Origin: Rebecca billardiae RCC1528
Taxonomy: Eukaryota > Protista > Haptophyta
Assembly (NCBI GenBank): GCA_965240325.2
Contig: OZ251243.1
Coordinates: 558,001 to 622,000, forward strand
Length of the DNA stretch: 64,000 nucleotides
Direction: 5' to 3'
Position numbers and translations under genes: made by a program. Below are positions 35,378 through 52,781 of this stretch, in pieces (position 1 is the first letter of the stretch; each line of letters opens with the position of its first letter). Below the pieces are notes generated by a model. That model saw nothing but the letters and a program-made list of their open reading frames with translations. It was not told the DNA's origin and searched no databases.

Positions 35378-38300
35378 ATGGGCACGCTCGAGGCGGCGTG
35401 GGGCAAGGCGCCGTGGGTGTCACATGAGGGGCGGCCAATCTTCTCGGTGGACGTGCACCCCGGTGGTGAGCTCTTCGCCACCGGCGGCGGCGACGGCCTC
35501 GTCAAGCTGTGGCACCTGGAGGCGCTCTTCGCGCCGGCGCCGTCTGCGGGCGCGAATGCGCTGCGCGCGACGCTCGACGCGCACACGGGCGCGGTGAACG
35601 TCGTGCGCTTCTCCGCCTCGGCGAACCCGATCCTGGCATCGGGTTCGGACGATCACGTCATCATGCTCTGGCGCCGCGCGCCCGACGGCGCTCCGCCGGC
35701 TGCGCCGGCATTCGGGGCCGCGCCGCGCCCGCCCGACGCAGAGCCCTGGCAGTGCGTCGCCGCGTTGCGCGGGCACCGGAGCGACGTGACCGACGTGGCG
35801 TGGGCGCCGTCGGGGAAGCTGCTTGCATCGGCCTCGCTCGACAGCACCGTGCGCGTGTGGGCGGTGTCGCGCCTGACCGGCGGGCCTGCGCGGCCGGCGG
35901 CCGATCCGGACCGGCGCGGCGCTGCGGACGGCACAGGCCCCGTGCAAACCGCGGCCGTCGCCACGCTCAGCGAGCACACGGGCATGGTGAAGGGCGTGGC
36001 GTGGGACCCGACGGGCCGGTACCTCGCCTCGCAGGCCGACGACCGCTCCGTCCTCGTGTACGCGCGCCCCAGCTACCACGTGCTCACGCGGATCACCGAG
36101 CCCTTCCGAGGAAGCACCACTCGCACGTTCGCGCGCCGGCTGAGCTTCTCGCCAGACGGGCAGTTCCTCGGCGCGCCGCACGCGTACGCGCAGCCCGCGC
36201 ACGTGGGCGCGGTGCTGCAGCGCCCGCGCGCGCACGACGACGAGTGGCGCATGCAGTACCAGTTCAAGGGCCACCGCTCGCCGGTGAGCGTGATGCGCTT
36301 CTCGCCCAAGCTGTACGGTTACCCGCGTTACCCAAGTGGGTACCCGAGCGGGTCGGCGGCGGCGGAGGGCGGCGGCGAGGGCGAGGGCGGCGAGGCGCAG
36401 CGCCAGGCGCTGTGCGCGTGCGCCGTCGGCTCGCAGGACAACACCTTCTCCATCTGGCTCACCTCGCACCCCCGGCCTATCCTCGTGTGCGCCGACGTCT
36501 TCAGCTCGGCCGTGAACGACGCGGCATGGGCAGGCGACGGACTCACGTGCCTGTTCGCGTCTGTCGACGGCAGCGTGAGCCACGTGCGGCTGGTGGAGCG
36601 CACGTGCGACTTCGACGTGCTGCCCACGGGCACCGTCGCCGCGCACCTCCGCGCCATGTACGGCGCGCCCGCCGACGTGGACGAGGCCGGCGAGGAGCTG
36701 CCCCTGGCAGAGGCGGTGTCGCAGATGGCGGACGAGGCGGCGGGCCGTGCGCTCGCCGCCGCGGACGGCGCGGCGCGCGCGGGCGGCAGGGCGGCGGAGG
36801 GCTCGAGGCCGCCGGGCCAACTTGAGCAGCGCACCGCGAGCGGCAAGCGGCGCATCACGCCGCAGCCGCTCGGCGAGTCGCCGAGCCAGTCACAGCTGCC
36901 GACGGCGGCGGCGGCGGCGCGCGCGCCCGGCACGGCGGCGGGCGGCAGAGCGGCGGCCGACGCAGCCGGCGCGCCGACGGACCCGACGGCCGCGCCGGAG
37001 GCGAAGCGCGCACGCTCCGCCGCCGCCGCCGCCGAGCTGCTCCTCGCGCCCGCGACGGGCCGCGGCGCCTCGTACGCCTCGCCGCTCACGCCGCTGAGCG
37101 CGGCGCGCGGCCTCGTCGAGTGCTCCTTCACCCTCGCGCCCGAGGCAGACTCGGTCGCGGCGGGCGGCGCGGACGCTGCGCAGAGTTCGGCGGAGCCGGG
37201 CGCGCGCACGTGGGCGGTGCAGGCGCGCGCGACGCCCGACGGGCAGAGCGCCGTGCGCGCCGTCGCCGGCGGCTCGGAGCGATGGTCCGCGCGCGTGGGC
37301 GGGAGCGTCGTGGCGATCGCTGGGTGTGCTCACTTTGTCGCGCTCGCGTGCGCGGACTGCACGCTGCACGTGCTAAGCGCCCGCTCGGGCGCGCGCCGAT
37401 TGCCGCCGCTGCTGCTCGGCGCGCGAGCGGTCGCGCTGCGCGTCGACGCGCGCGCGGCCGCGCTGCTCGCGCTCACCGCAGACGGCGAGCTGCGGGTGTG
37501 GGCGCTGCACGCGGGCGCGGCCTCTGCCCCGGCCGCGACTGCGCTCCCCGCGCAATATCTCGGGCCGTATCTCGCGCATCGGTCGAGCGTGCTTCCGGTC
37601 CTCGCGACGACGGCGGCGCCGGTCGTGTCCGTCGTGTGCACGGCGCCGCCTGGCACGGCGCGCGCCGCGCTGGCCGCGGAGGGCGGCCCCGCGGCCGCGG
37701 CGCCGCCGCTCGCCGAGCCCGGCCCGCCTCTGCTGCTTCTCGAGAACGGGCGAGCGTTTCTCTACAGCGACGCGCTTGAGGGATGGCTCGCGCTGGCGGA
37801 GCCGTGCGAGCGCTCCGAGTATTGGTCGTCCCTGCCGGAGATCGCGATCTCGGAGATCTCGGAGATTGCGATCTCGGAGGGCGCGGCGGGCGTGGAGGAG
37901 GGGCTGAGGGGCGGCGCTGAGCCGCTGCGTGCGCTCTATGAGGCGGCGCGCGCCGCCGCCAGCGAGGAGGGCGGCGCAGACGGCGCCGGCGCCGCGGCCA
38001 ACGGGCCGCTGAGCGGCGGGCTGGACGAGGCGACGCAGCGCACTGAGAATCTGCGGTGCGCCGCCGCGAGCGCGCCGCGCGCGACGCCGCATCGCTCGCC
38101 CCCCCCGCCGCCGCGCCTGTCCGAACGCCCCGCCACTGCCTACCTGCCGCCTCGCAGCGAAGCGCATGTGTGCTCACCGCCCGCCGCCGCCCCGCACCGC
38201 GCGCTGCCCGCCCCATCGCGCACGCGACTCCGCCGCCGCTCGCTCCGCCGCCGCTCGCCGCCGCCGCCGCCGCGTGCGCCGCCGCAGCCACCTGGAGGGC

Positions 38301-38615
38301 GCCCTGTGCAGCGCGGCCGCGCTCGGCTCCGTCGCCGAGTATGCCGTCTGGGCGCGCTCGTACGCGCTCTGCCTCGCGCAGCTGGGTGACGAGCGGCGAG
38401 CGCGCGAACTGTGTGAGGGCCTCGTCGGCCGGGCCGTGGCCCCGGCCGCCGAGGAAGAGGCGGGCACGCAGCCGCCGGCCTGCGAGACCGCGGCGGTCTG
38501 GACGCCCGTGCAGGCGCGCGCACTTCTGGAGGCGACCGTGTTGCCCGCTCTCGCCACGAACCGCGCGCTGCAGCGCCTCGTGCAGCACTTCCGCGCCGCA
38601 CTGCCCGTGCTGTAG
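35378..38615 (+). CDS. HIRA: HIRA/Hir1 histone chaperone; exons 35378-38055, 38288-38615
   Basis: WVSHEGRPIFSVDVHP..FATGGGD, VKGVAWDP.GRYLASQADD, RRLSFSPDG, B-domain QRTASGKRRITP, RRLPPL; C-terminal HLE..L after intron 38056-38287. Confidence 0.93.
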
Positions 38616-38772
38616 CCTCAGTCTGAGTCTGTTACTCTGTTACTCACTAAGCTACTCAGGCGATCGACTGGCACGATGAGTCACGACAGTCACGAGTCTC
38701 GGATATCGCAGTTATTATTATAATTGCCCGCGCCGTCTGAATGGTATTAATTGCTGGTAATTTATTGTCGTA

Positions 38773-38987
38773 CAGGCAATCGCGGGCCAATGCGGCAATC
38801 GGCGGGGCATGCAATTATAAGAAGTCAGAGATCTCACGGCTACTAGTCTCGGTTTCTCACGGCCGCGACGACGTAGTCCCGCGGTTTCTTTATTCTTAAA
38901 TCGCTAGTCTCAGTTTCTAGGCCAGATCCGCAGATAGCAAGCCCCAGTTTCTTAACGTGACAGCTCCTTATTGCCCGCGATTGCCTG
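38773..38987. mobile_element. Tc1/mariner-type MITE, 215 bp
   Basis: TA|CAGGCAATCGCGGGC...GCCCGCGATTGCCTG|TA terminal inverted repeats with TA target duplication. Confidence 0.85.
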
Positions 38988-40223
38988 TATACTAGGAATA
39001 TAGTTAAATTATATAATATATATATAACTATTTACTCGACGCAGTGCTGATTACACAGCAGCTAGTACACCGTACTCGCTGTGTAGCCGAGTAAACTAGC
39101 AGACTACGGCTACTCAGTGAGTTATCTGTACTGATGCGGCACCACTGGCAGCACAGCATTGACACGGACGTCGAGACGACAGACGGTAGTGAGACACTGC
39201 ATCAGCAGATATATCGCTAGTGATCTACATATATATATATATACATATACACACACACATATATATATATATATATATGAATGCGCGCATCATCTCTAGA
39301 CTCTACAGTAGGGATATAATGTAGGGATGAGTTAGCAGTCTGTGACTAGGAGTAGGATTAGACTGACTGACGAAGCGCGCGTAGGACGTCGCTACTGAGA
39401 CGTACGGTGCGGTTAGTGCGCAATGCGGCCGGCCGGCAATAGTCTGATTGATCCGAGTCTCACCGTTGACATCGTCACTTCTAATACTGATAATAGCTTA
39501 CGATCAGACTCAGCGTAGTATGTCAGTCGTCAGTGTCATCAATCACTGGATGGATTACTTGGAAGCACAGACTCTGCAGCGGGGAGCCGGGGACTGAGTC
39601 AATCAACGAACGGACGGACTATTAATTTCCCCTATATATATAACGGGCTCCGGGTGATCAGACTGGCGGCCGAAGCCTCCAGCCCTAGCCTGGCCAAGCC
39701 CCCAACCAACCACCACTCCCACCCAACCTCAAACCACTGTCACTGACCGAGACACCTAGTGCCCTGACACCACTCCACTGTGGACAGCCCGCCTCCAGAG
39801 GAGGCGGGGGTACTGGTACAGTTTATTTGTTTTAACGTGCGTAAGGCTCACGGTGGCAGGTTGCCGCGCCATCCTTCATCGCACGCTCTCCGAAGAGAGA
39901 CCAGTATGACTGACTGAGTTCATTCAGAGTGACTGACAAACCGGTTCCCCCCGCACCAAGGGCGTTCCCGGGATCCTGCCACACGCTCCGAACGGCATGC
40001 CCCCCCCCTGGGGGGCCATGGCTACCGGACTGGCGCGGGCCGTAATATCAAATGTACCCGCTTGAAATAGAGAAAGCCAATTTCAATAGGAACGCGGTTC
40101 GATTTGGCGTATGACCAGTGCGGGGAACGCCCCTGTTGCCTGATGTCCTGTCGTTCGTCGTCGTGTACTCGTGTTCACCGCAGGGTCGATGATCGATCAC
40201 GTGATCCGCCCGAAAGTCGCACG

Positions 40224-41156
40224 ATGCGCGCGCAATCAGCCTTGCCGACGACACGCCGATGGGCGGCGTTTGCCGCGCTCGTCGTGGCGCTGACAGGCCT
40301 GGTGGCCGATTGTGATGGTCTTCGTGCGCCCATCTCGCGCGTTCATTCCGCCAGGACTCAGGCGGCTCCGCCGCGCGCTCCGCGCACGCCGCGTGCGTGC
40401 ACGCTGATGGGCCGCAAGTTTGAGAACAACAAGCTCAAGATGGCAAAGTCGCAGGCGATGTACGCGAAGAAGGCGGCGTATATCGGGAAGCAGGTGGTGA
40501 TCGCGGTACGAGCCTCCGGCTCGGACCCCGATACCAACCGCGCGCTCGCCAACATCATCCGCGAGGCGAACGCGCTCGACGTCTCGAAGGATGTGATCGA
40601 GCGCAACATCAAGCGCGCACTCGAGCCCGACACGTCCGACTTCAAGGAGCTGACGTACGAGGCGTACGGCTTCGGCGGCGTGGGTTTCATTATCAACTGC
40701 CTCTCCGACAACAACAATCGCGCCACCGCCGACGTGAACAACGCCGTGAACAAGGCGGGCGGCAAGCCGGCCTCTCCCGGCAGTGTCTCGTTCAACTTCG
40801 AGCGCAAGGGCCGGCTGTGCATCAACGCCGAGATGGACGACGAGCGGCTGCTCGAGCTCGCGATCGAGGCAGGGTGTGACGGGGACGTCTCGCTCGAGGC
40901 GCCCGATCCAGACGGCCGTGGCGACCAGGAGTCCGTCAGGGCCGTCGCGCTCACCGCGCCGACCGAGCTGGGCGCGCTGCAGGCGGCCATGCAAGCAGAG
41001 GGCATCGAATGCTCGGGCACGCTCGTCTACGTGCCGATGGCGACGGTGGAGTGCTCGGATGATGACGAGGAGGCGAACTTCAAGGTGATCGACCGGTTGG
41101 AAGAGCTGGACGACGTGGTGAGCGTCGAGCACAACATGGCCGTCTCGAGGGATTAG
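40224..41156 (+). CDS. YebC/PmpR/TACO1-family protein with signal peptide plus transit peptide (plastid-targeted)
   Basis: GSDPDTNRAL, IERNIKRA, TYEAYGFGGVG, SDNNNR, SVSFNFERKG and LEELDDVVSVEHN motifs; hydrophobic leader then an R/S/T-rich segment before MGRK. Confidence 0.92.
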   Translation: MRAQSALPTTRRWAAFAALVVALTGLVADCDGLRAPISRVHSARTQAAPPRAPRTPRACTLMGRKFENNKLKMAKSQAMYAKKAAYIGKQVVIAVRASGSDPDTNRALANIIREANALDVSKDVIERNIKRALEPDTSDFKELTYEAYGFGGVGFIINCLSDNNNRATADVNNAVNKAGGKPASPGSVSFNFERKGRLCINAEMDDERLLELAIEAGCDGDVSLEAPDPDGRGDQESVRAVALTAPTELGALQAAMQAEGIECSGTLVYVPMATVECSDDDEEANFKVIDRLEELDDVVSVEHNMAVSRD

Positions 41157-42226
41157 CTCAGGCAGCCGCACGGTTGGCGCGGTTCCCGCCGCGCTCCGCC
41201 CACTCAACGCCGAGGCTGTGCTGCCAGCATTATCAGTGGCGGGCGGAAAGTATCATCGCCGATCGACGGTAACTACTAAGAACTCGATCACGTTGAACCG
41301 GGGTCCGGATACCGGAGGACTCGTCGGCGGCCCGCCCCGGCCGGCCGCCGGCCGCCGGCCGCCCGATGGCCGATTCAAAGTAGAATTTATAATAATATAT
41401 TCGCAGGATCGTCGTGATGACGACAGAGTCTCATATCCTCGTTGCCCGCGATTCAGCCTGTAGGCGGCGCAAGTCTCAACTTCGTCTTACAATACAAATA
41501 ACATTATTATTGCAATTATATCTCAGCCTGTGGCGACAGCACTCCGCCGCCATCAGTCAGCACTCAGGCTTAGCAGCAGTCTCGGACGAATTGATGACTG
41601 TCTTATAATAAGTAGTATGATATTGAGTCGCGGCAAAGTCCCGTCCGGGCCCGGTTAGAAACGACCGCCGTTGGGACGTACGTATAGCAGTAATGACCGT
41701 GACTATCTGCGGATCAGGCAGACTGAGACGATTCAACTGAGATATGATGACTATATAGCGATTTGAGGCTGCTTCGCTGACACTGCTAGTACGTGCACAG
41801 TCCCACTAACTTCGAAAGGCGAGACTACATGCATCCTCGCCGGCGGAGCCCCGCGTCGGGAGACGCGTCACTAGCCGCTAGCGGCGGTCCGCGGTCAGTG
41901 AGTCACGGCGGTGATGCCGGGGCGGCGCGCGCCAAATAAATAAAATTTGCCTGGACTCGCTCCAAGCGTCACGTCATCAGCGCGCTTCGTTCTGACTGAC
42001 AACTGGCAGACTGGCTGCGCCGGCATCATGCAACATAATGCCAGATTTGTTCCAAAAGTGCCCCAATCTTTTCTTCGGCCTCGCCGGCCGCGCCTAAATA
42101 AAGACTCCGCCGGGCGGGGCCGTCTGCCCCCCCTGCGCCCCCGCGCCTGCGCGGCGGGCCCGCGGATTACCTAAGAAACATTTACTGAGTCTGAGACTCC
42201 GTAGGCGCTCGGGCTACCGAGCGGCT

Positions 42227-42287
42227 AAGAAACCGAGACTAGCCGTGGGATCTCTGACTTCTTATTGCCGCCCGCGATTGCCTGCGT
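42227..42287 (-). mobile_element. Relic end of the 38773 MITE family (another TIR relic at ~41441-41462)
   Basis: Reverse complement CAGGCAATCGCGGGC..AATAAGAAGTCAGAGATCCCACGGCTAGTCTCGGTTTCT matches 38773-38857. Confidence 0.8.
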
Positions 42288-42428
42288 AGTATTTGCGGAT
42301 GGCGCGGCGCAGTACGACGGGCCTGTCACTCGTCGTCAGTACGCAAATGCCTACGCAAATGCCAGGGCTCGGCCTCGGCCTGTCGGGTCACGCTGGCGCT
42401 GCTGATGTCGCTTATTATTCAGTATATA

Positions 42429-42447
42429 TAGATAGATAGATAGATAG
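42429..42447. repeat. (TAGA)n tract, segment 1
   Basis: Direct reading. Confidence 0.95.
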
Positions 42448-48857
<6,410 letters not shown>

Positions 48858-49473
48858 TATTGGGTAAACGCGAGCTCCGAGCGCCTCGAGCCCTGCTAAG
48901 TGCTAAGAGCTCACCGGCGCGTCCTCGGGCGCGTCGTCGATGTTGACCACGAGAGGCAACCTCCTTCCCTTCGCTCCTTTACGAAGACAAGCTAACCTCC
49001 CGCCGACCTTTTGGTCGCGGGGTGACCACGTCGCGGCCGGCTCCGGGGAATGCGTTACCTTCCCGAAAACCGCCCGTCCCGACGTAACTCCCGGACGTCC
49101 TCGTCCGTCCACCCTCAGCCGGATTCCCACTTTTCCGAAAGTGGAAATCCGGATGGACTCCCACGATGGCGTCCGGGCCATGCCCGTGCGACGTCACCGT
49201 GCCGCGCTGCGCCGGGCCGTACCGCCCGCGCACGCGCCGCGTCCGTGTCGCTCCGCGTCCGCGCTGCCGCGTCCGCGCTCCGCGTCCACGTCGATCCGCG
49301 CCAGCGCTGCTGCGCTCGCGCTCCTGCCGCCGCGCGCGCCGCGCGCGCGCGCCGCCAGCCAGCCACTGCTCCGTAGCTGATGACGCCGGCCCGCCTGGTG
49401 CGGCGCCGGCCCTGACGTCCCAGCGGCGACGCCATCTGCTGAGATGCGCGCCCCAGGCCGCGTCAGCTCAACA
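48858..49473 (-). repeat. 3' LTR (616 bp)
   Basis: Direct repeat of 55406-56014; carries an extra TGCTAAG duplication and one substitution seen by eye. Confidence 0.95.
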
Positions 49474-49482
49474 CCCCCCCTC
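49474..49482 (-). promoter_or_regulatory. Polypurine tract GAGGGGGGG
   Basis: Abuts the TG start of the 3' LTR on the minus strand. Confidence 0.85.
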
Positions 49483-49509
49483 GACAGCCATAGCCGCGAG
49501 CTGCGCCGC

Positions 49510-52500
49510 TTACCGCGCGCGCGTCGGGTGTCGGTCCACCATGATGGCGTCGACGTGCCGCTTGAACGTCGCACCGTCCGTCGCCTTCGTCATGATGTCA
49601 GAGTGGTTGAGTGAGGTGTGTACCTTGACCACCTTCACCTTGCCACCCTCCTGCGCGTCACGCACATAGTGATGCTTGATCTCGATGTGCTTCGAGCGCT
49701 TGTGGTGCACAGGATTCTCCACGAGGTCGATTGCCCCCTTGTTGTCCTCTCGCACCTCCGTCGCGCCCCGCGGCGGCTGCCGCATGGACTCGAGTATGCT
49801 CCGCAAGTAGCTCACCTCGCGGCAGCAATCGCTCAGCGCGACGTACTCCGCCTCCGTCGAGCTCAGCGAGACTGTACCTTGCAGCCCGCTGTGCCACGAC
49901 ACCGGCGCACCATTGTAGAACACAATGTATCCACCCGTCGACCTGCCCTTGGTCTCCACCGGATTGCTTGCCCAATCGGAGTCAGCGAAAGCAAGTAGGT
50001 CGGGGTGCTCGGAATCTGTCGCAAACTTGAACAAGATTCCCAATCGCGGGCATCCGCGTAAGTAGCGCAGCACGCGCTTCGCACTTACCAGATCCACCGC
50101 CCGCGGACGTGACATGCGTCGCGTCAGCATGTTCACCGCGTGCGCGATGTCCGGCCGCGCCGTGACCATCGCAAACATGAGACATCCCACCATCGCCTGG
50201 TAGTTCTCAATCTCCGCGCGCTGCAGCAACGCCTCATCGTCGTCGCTCAGCTGCGCCCGCGCCGCCGGCTCCGGCGTGCGCGCCGGCGTGCTCGCGTTCA
50301 AACCGAACCGCTGAAGCACGCTCTCGACGTACGGCCCCAGATGCATCAGGATGCCGTCGTCATGAACTTCAAACACGGCGCCCAGGAACTTATCGAGCCG
50401 CTCACTCAGCTTGATCTCGTAATGCTCCTTCAGGTCAGCCGCCAGCTTCTCCACCGCGCGCGCGTCGCGCGTCAGGTTGAGAAACAGCAAGTCGTCGACA
50501 AAGCCGCCCGCGATGATGAACTCGCCCGGCGCCGACTCCTTGACGTAGATGCACGGCGCACTCGGACACTCCGAGAAGCCGCGCGCGAGCAGCTGGGTGC
50601 GGTGCGTGCGATGCCACGCGCGCCCAGACTGGCGTAGACCCGGATACGCCTTGAGGCTCCGGCCCACGACTTTGTACCCCGGCGGCGCCTGCGTGCTCGG
50701 CACGTAGCCCGGCGGGAATGAGAAGAGAGGCCGCTCATCCGGCTTCAACTCCGAGTTGAGGTACGCGTCCTTGACGTCGCCCTTCGACAGTATGCCCAGC
50801 GCCGCAACCGACGCTGCTCCCAAGTCGACCCTCGCGCCCGCCTGCTGAGCGGCGATCGCAACGAGTAGTCGCACTTGTTCCGGCCGGATCGTCGGAGCAA
50901 AGACCTCCTGAAAGTCGATCCCCGGCCGCTGTAGGTTCCCCAGTAGCACCGACCGCGCCTTGAAGCGCGTCACCTCGCCCTCCGGGTTCGACTTGACGTC
51001 AAAGACCCATTGGCTCGGCAACACCCGCGTGCCCTCCGGAACCACCACCTCTTCCGAGGTGCCGAGCAACTTGTGACCTTCCAAGTGCTCGAGCATGGCG
51101 CCCTGCCACTGGGGCGCCTCCGCCGACCGCATCGCCTCGCGATAGTTCGTCGGCACCTTCACGTTGATCTTCTGGAACACCGACGCGGCGCTGACGACGG
51201 CAGTAAGCAGCTGCGGCCGTCGGCGCGACGTCCGATCCCTGCGAAGCGGATCGTGTCCCATATCCAGACCGGGCGGCGGCGCGTCCTCGATCACGCCGTC
51301 GTCACCGTCTGCGCCGCGCGGCGGCCCGCCAGCATCTGCTGCGGCCCCGCGCCGTGATTCCGTCGGCGGTATCTGATCCTGCCGACCCGGCTGCGTCATC
51401 GACGCGCCTGCCCCGTCACGCCCGCCCTGCGGCGTCGGCGTCGACGGCTCTGCGCCAGCGCTGCTGCACCCGCGATGTCCCGCGTCCACGCTGCTGCGCC
51501 CGCGCCCCGACGTTGACGCATCTGCGTCGTCGTCGTACCCGACGTCGAACTCTGTCGCGTCGTCATTCCCGGCGTCGGCTGGCGTCTCGCCGCCGTCGCC
51601 GTCCTCGTCCTCACAGTCGGCGTCACCACCGACCGGACGAAGTCCGCCGCTTACCGCGGCGCCGTCACCATCACCCACGTACGCGCCACCGTCAGGTGCG
51701 CCCAGCGACGAGTGCCCCCCCTCGACCAGGTCGGTCTCGTCGATGCGTACGTCACGTGAGTGAACGAGACGTCCGTCGTCTAAACGACATACGTACCCGA
51801 GTACGTAGCGCCATGTACCGCGCCACTGCACGCCGTGCCCACCCCAGAGATAGACACGTCCGGGTAGTGCGCGCTGCCTCAGCTGCCCCAATGCATTGCG
51901 CCGTGCGCCCAGCATCAGCACGCGGCAGCGCGCTCCAAACGCCACGTGATGCTTCCACGTCGGGCGTTTGCCAAAGAACAGCTCATCCGGCGTGAGCCAC
52001 TCAATGTCGCCATCGTCACGAATGATACCACGTGACGCCAGTCGATTGCGCGACGCGCATGCGTGCCACGCCGCGTAGTGCCAATCGACCCTCGAGACTC
52101 CACGCGCAACGACCGTGGCGCGCAGTCTCGACTTCAGCGTGCGGATAGCGCGTTCCGCCACGCCATTCGAGCTCGGCGAGTCGGGCGCCGACGTGACCGT
52201 CGACGAGAACCCAAGCTTCGCCAGCTCACCCTCGACGTACGTACTCAGCAGCGTCGAGCCACCGTCGGTGTGAATATGGCGTCGCGCCATAGTACACCCC
52301 GACGCCAGGACCCAATGCGACATGTGCATGGCCCCTGTACCAAGCAACTGCGCGTACCAGCGGAATGCCCGACCAACCTCGGCGTCATCCAAGCTGCGTA
52401 GCGCGTACACTTGCCATCGACGTGAATGCCCATCGATGAATATGATCCCATGAGGATACCCTCCACGCGCGCCATCGGCCCCAACTGGTAAGTCGATGCG

Positions 52501-52764
52501 TGCCATGGAGAAGATGTCGACGTGCGTCACCTGCCCAGGGTAGTGCGCCGTCGGCATTGCGTCCGCGAACGGCCGCCGCGTCATGCCCGCCGCCGACTGC
52601 TCGTCGAGCGACTCACGCCGCGCGTTCGCCCCCTCCATCCCCTCGGCCACGCGTCGCGTGCGCTCGAGTAGACGTTGGTCATTGGTGCCCGTTCGAACCG
52701 ACCAAGTGCGCAACCACGCCGGATCAGCGCCTCGCGCCGCCTCCGTAGTGTTTGTGGTTCGCAC
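49510..52764 (-). CDS. pol: Copia pol exon: integrase, reverse transcriptase, RNase H
   Basis: THVDIF / HTDGG / NGVAERAIR (DDE); RFKAR, DFQEVFAP, DVKDAYLN, FVDDLL; FADSDWA, STEAEY, EDNKGA, KHIEIKHH. Confidence 0.95.
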   Translation of the reverse strand: MRTTNTTEAARGADPAWLRTWSVRTGTNDQRLLERTRRVAEGMEGANARRESLDEQSAAGMTRRPFADAMPTAHYPGQVTHVDIFSMARIDLPVGADGARGGYPHGIIFIDGHSRRWQVYALRSLDDAEVGRAFRWYAQLLGTGAMHMSHWVLASGCTMARRHIHTDGGSTLLSTYVEGELAKLGFSSTVTSAPDSPSSNGVAERAIRTLKSRLRATVVARGVSRVDWHYAAWHACASRNRLASRGIIRDDGDIEWLTPDELFFGKRPTWKHHVAFGARCRVLMLGARRNALGQLRQRALPGRVYLWGGHGVQWRGTWRYVLGYVCRLDDGRLVHSRDVRIDETDLVEGGHSSLGAPDGGAYVGDGDGAAVSGGLRPVGGDADCEDEDGDGGETPADAGNDDATEFDVGYDDDADASTSGRGRSSVDAGHRGCSSAGAEPSTPTPQGGRDGAGASMTQPGRQDQIPPTESRRGAAADAGGPPRGADGDDGVIEDAPPPGLDMGHDPLRRDRTSRRRPQLLTAVVSAASVFQKINVKVPTNYREAMRSAEAPQWQGAMLEHLEGHKLLGTSEEVVVPEGTRVLPSQWVFDVKSNPEGEVTRFKARSVLLGNLQRPGIDFQEVFAPTIRPEQVRLLVAIAAQQAGARVDLGAASVAALGILSKGDVKDAYLNSELKPDERPLFSFPPGYVPSTQAPPGYKVVGRSLKAYPGLRQSGRAWHRTHRTQLLARGFSECPSAPCIYVKESAPGEFIIAGGFVDDLLFLNLTRDARAVEKLAADLKEHYEIKLSERLDKFLGAVFEVHDDGILMHLGPYVESVLQRFGLNASTPARTPEPAARAQLSDDDEALLQRAEIENYQAMVGCLMFAMVTARPDIAHAVNMLTRRMSRPRAVDLVSAKRVLRYLRGCPRLGILFKFATDSEHPDLLAFADSDWASNPVETKGRSTGGYIVFYNGAPVSWHSGLQGTVSLSSTEAEYVALSDCCREVSYLRSILESMRQPPRGATEVREDNKGAIDLVENPVHHKRSKHIEIKHHYVRDAQEGGKVKVVKVHTSLNHSDIMTKATDGATFKRHVDAIMVDRHPTRAR

Positions 52765-52781
52765 CTGCGCGGGTTCCGGGC

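Noticed and set aside
39640-40050. C/A-skewed segment possibly representing a TE relic
   Set aside because: No convincing TIR, second copy or ORF within the window
48903-49669. ORFs within the LTRs (duplicated at 55444-56027)
   Set aside because: Duplicated only because the LTRs are; no coding signature
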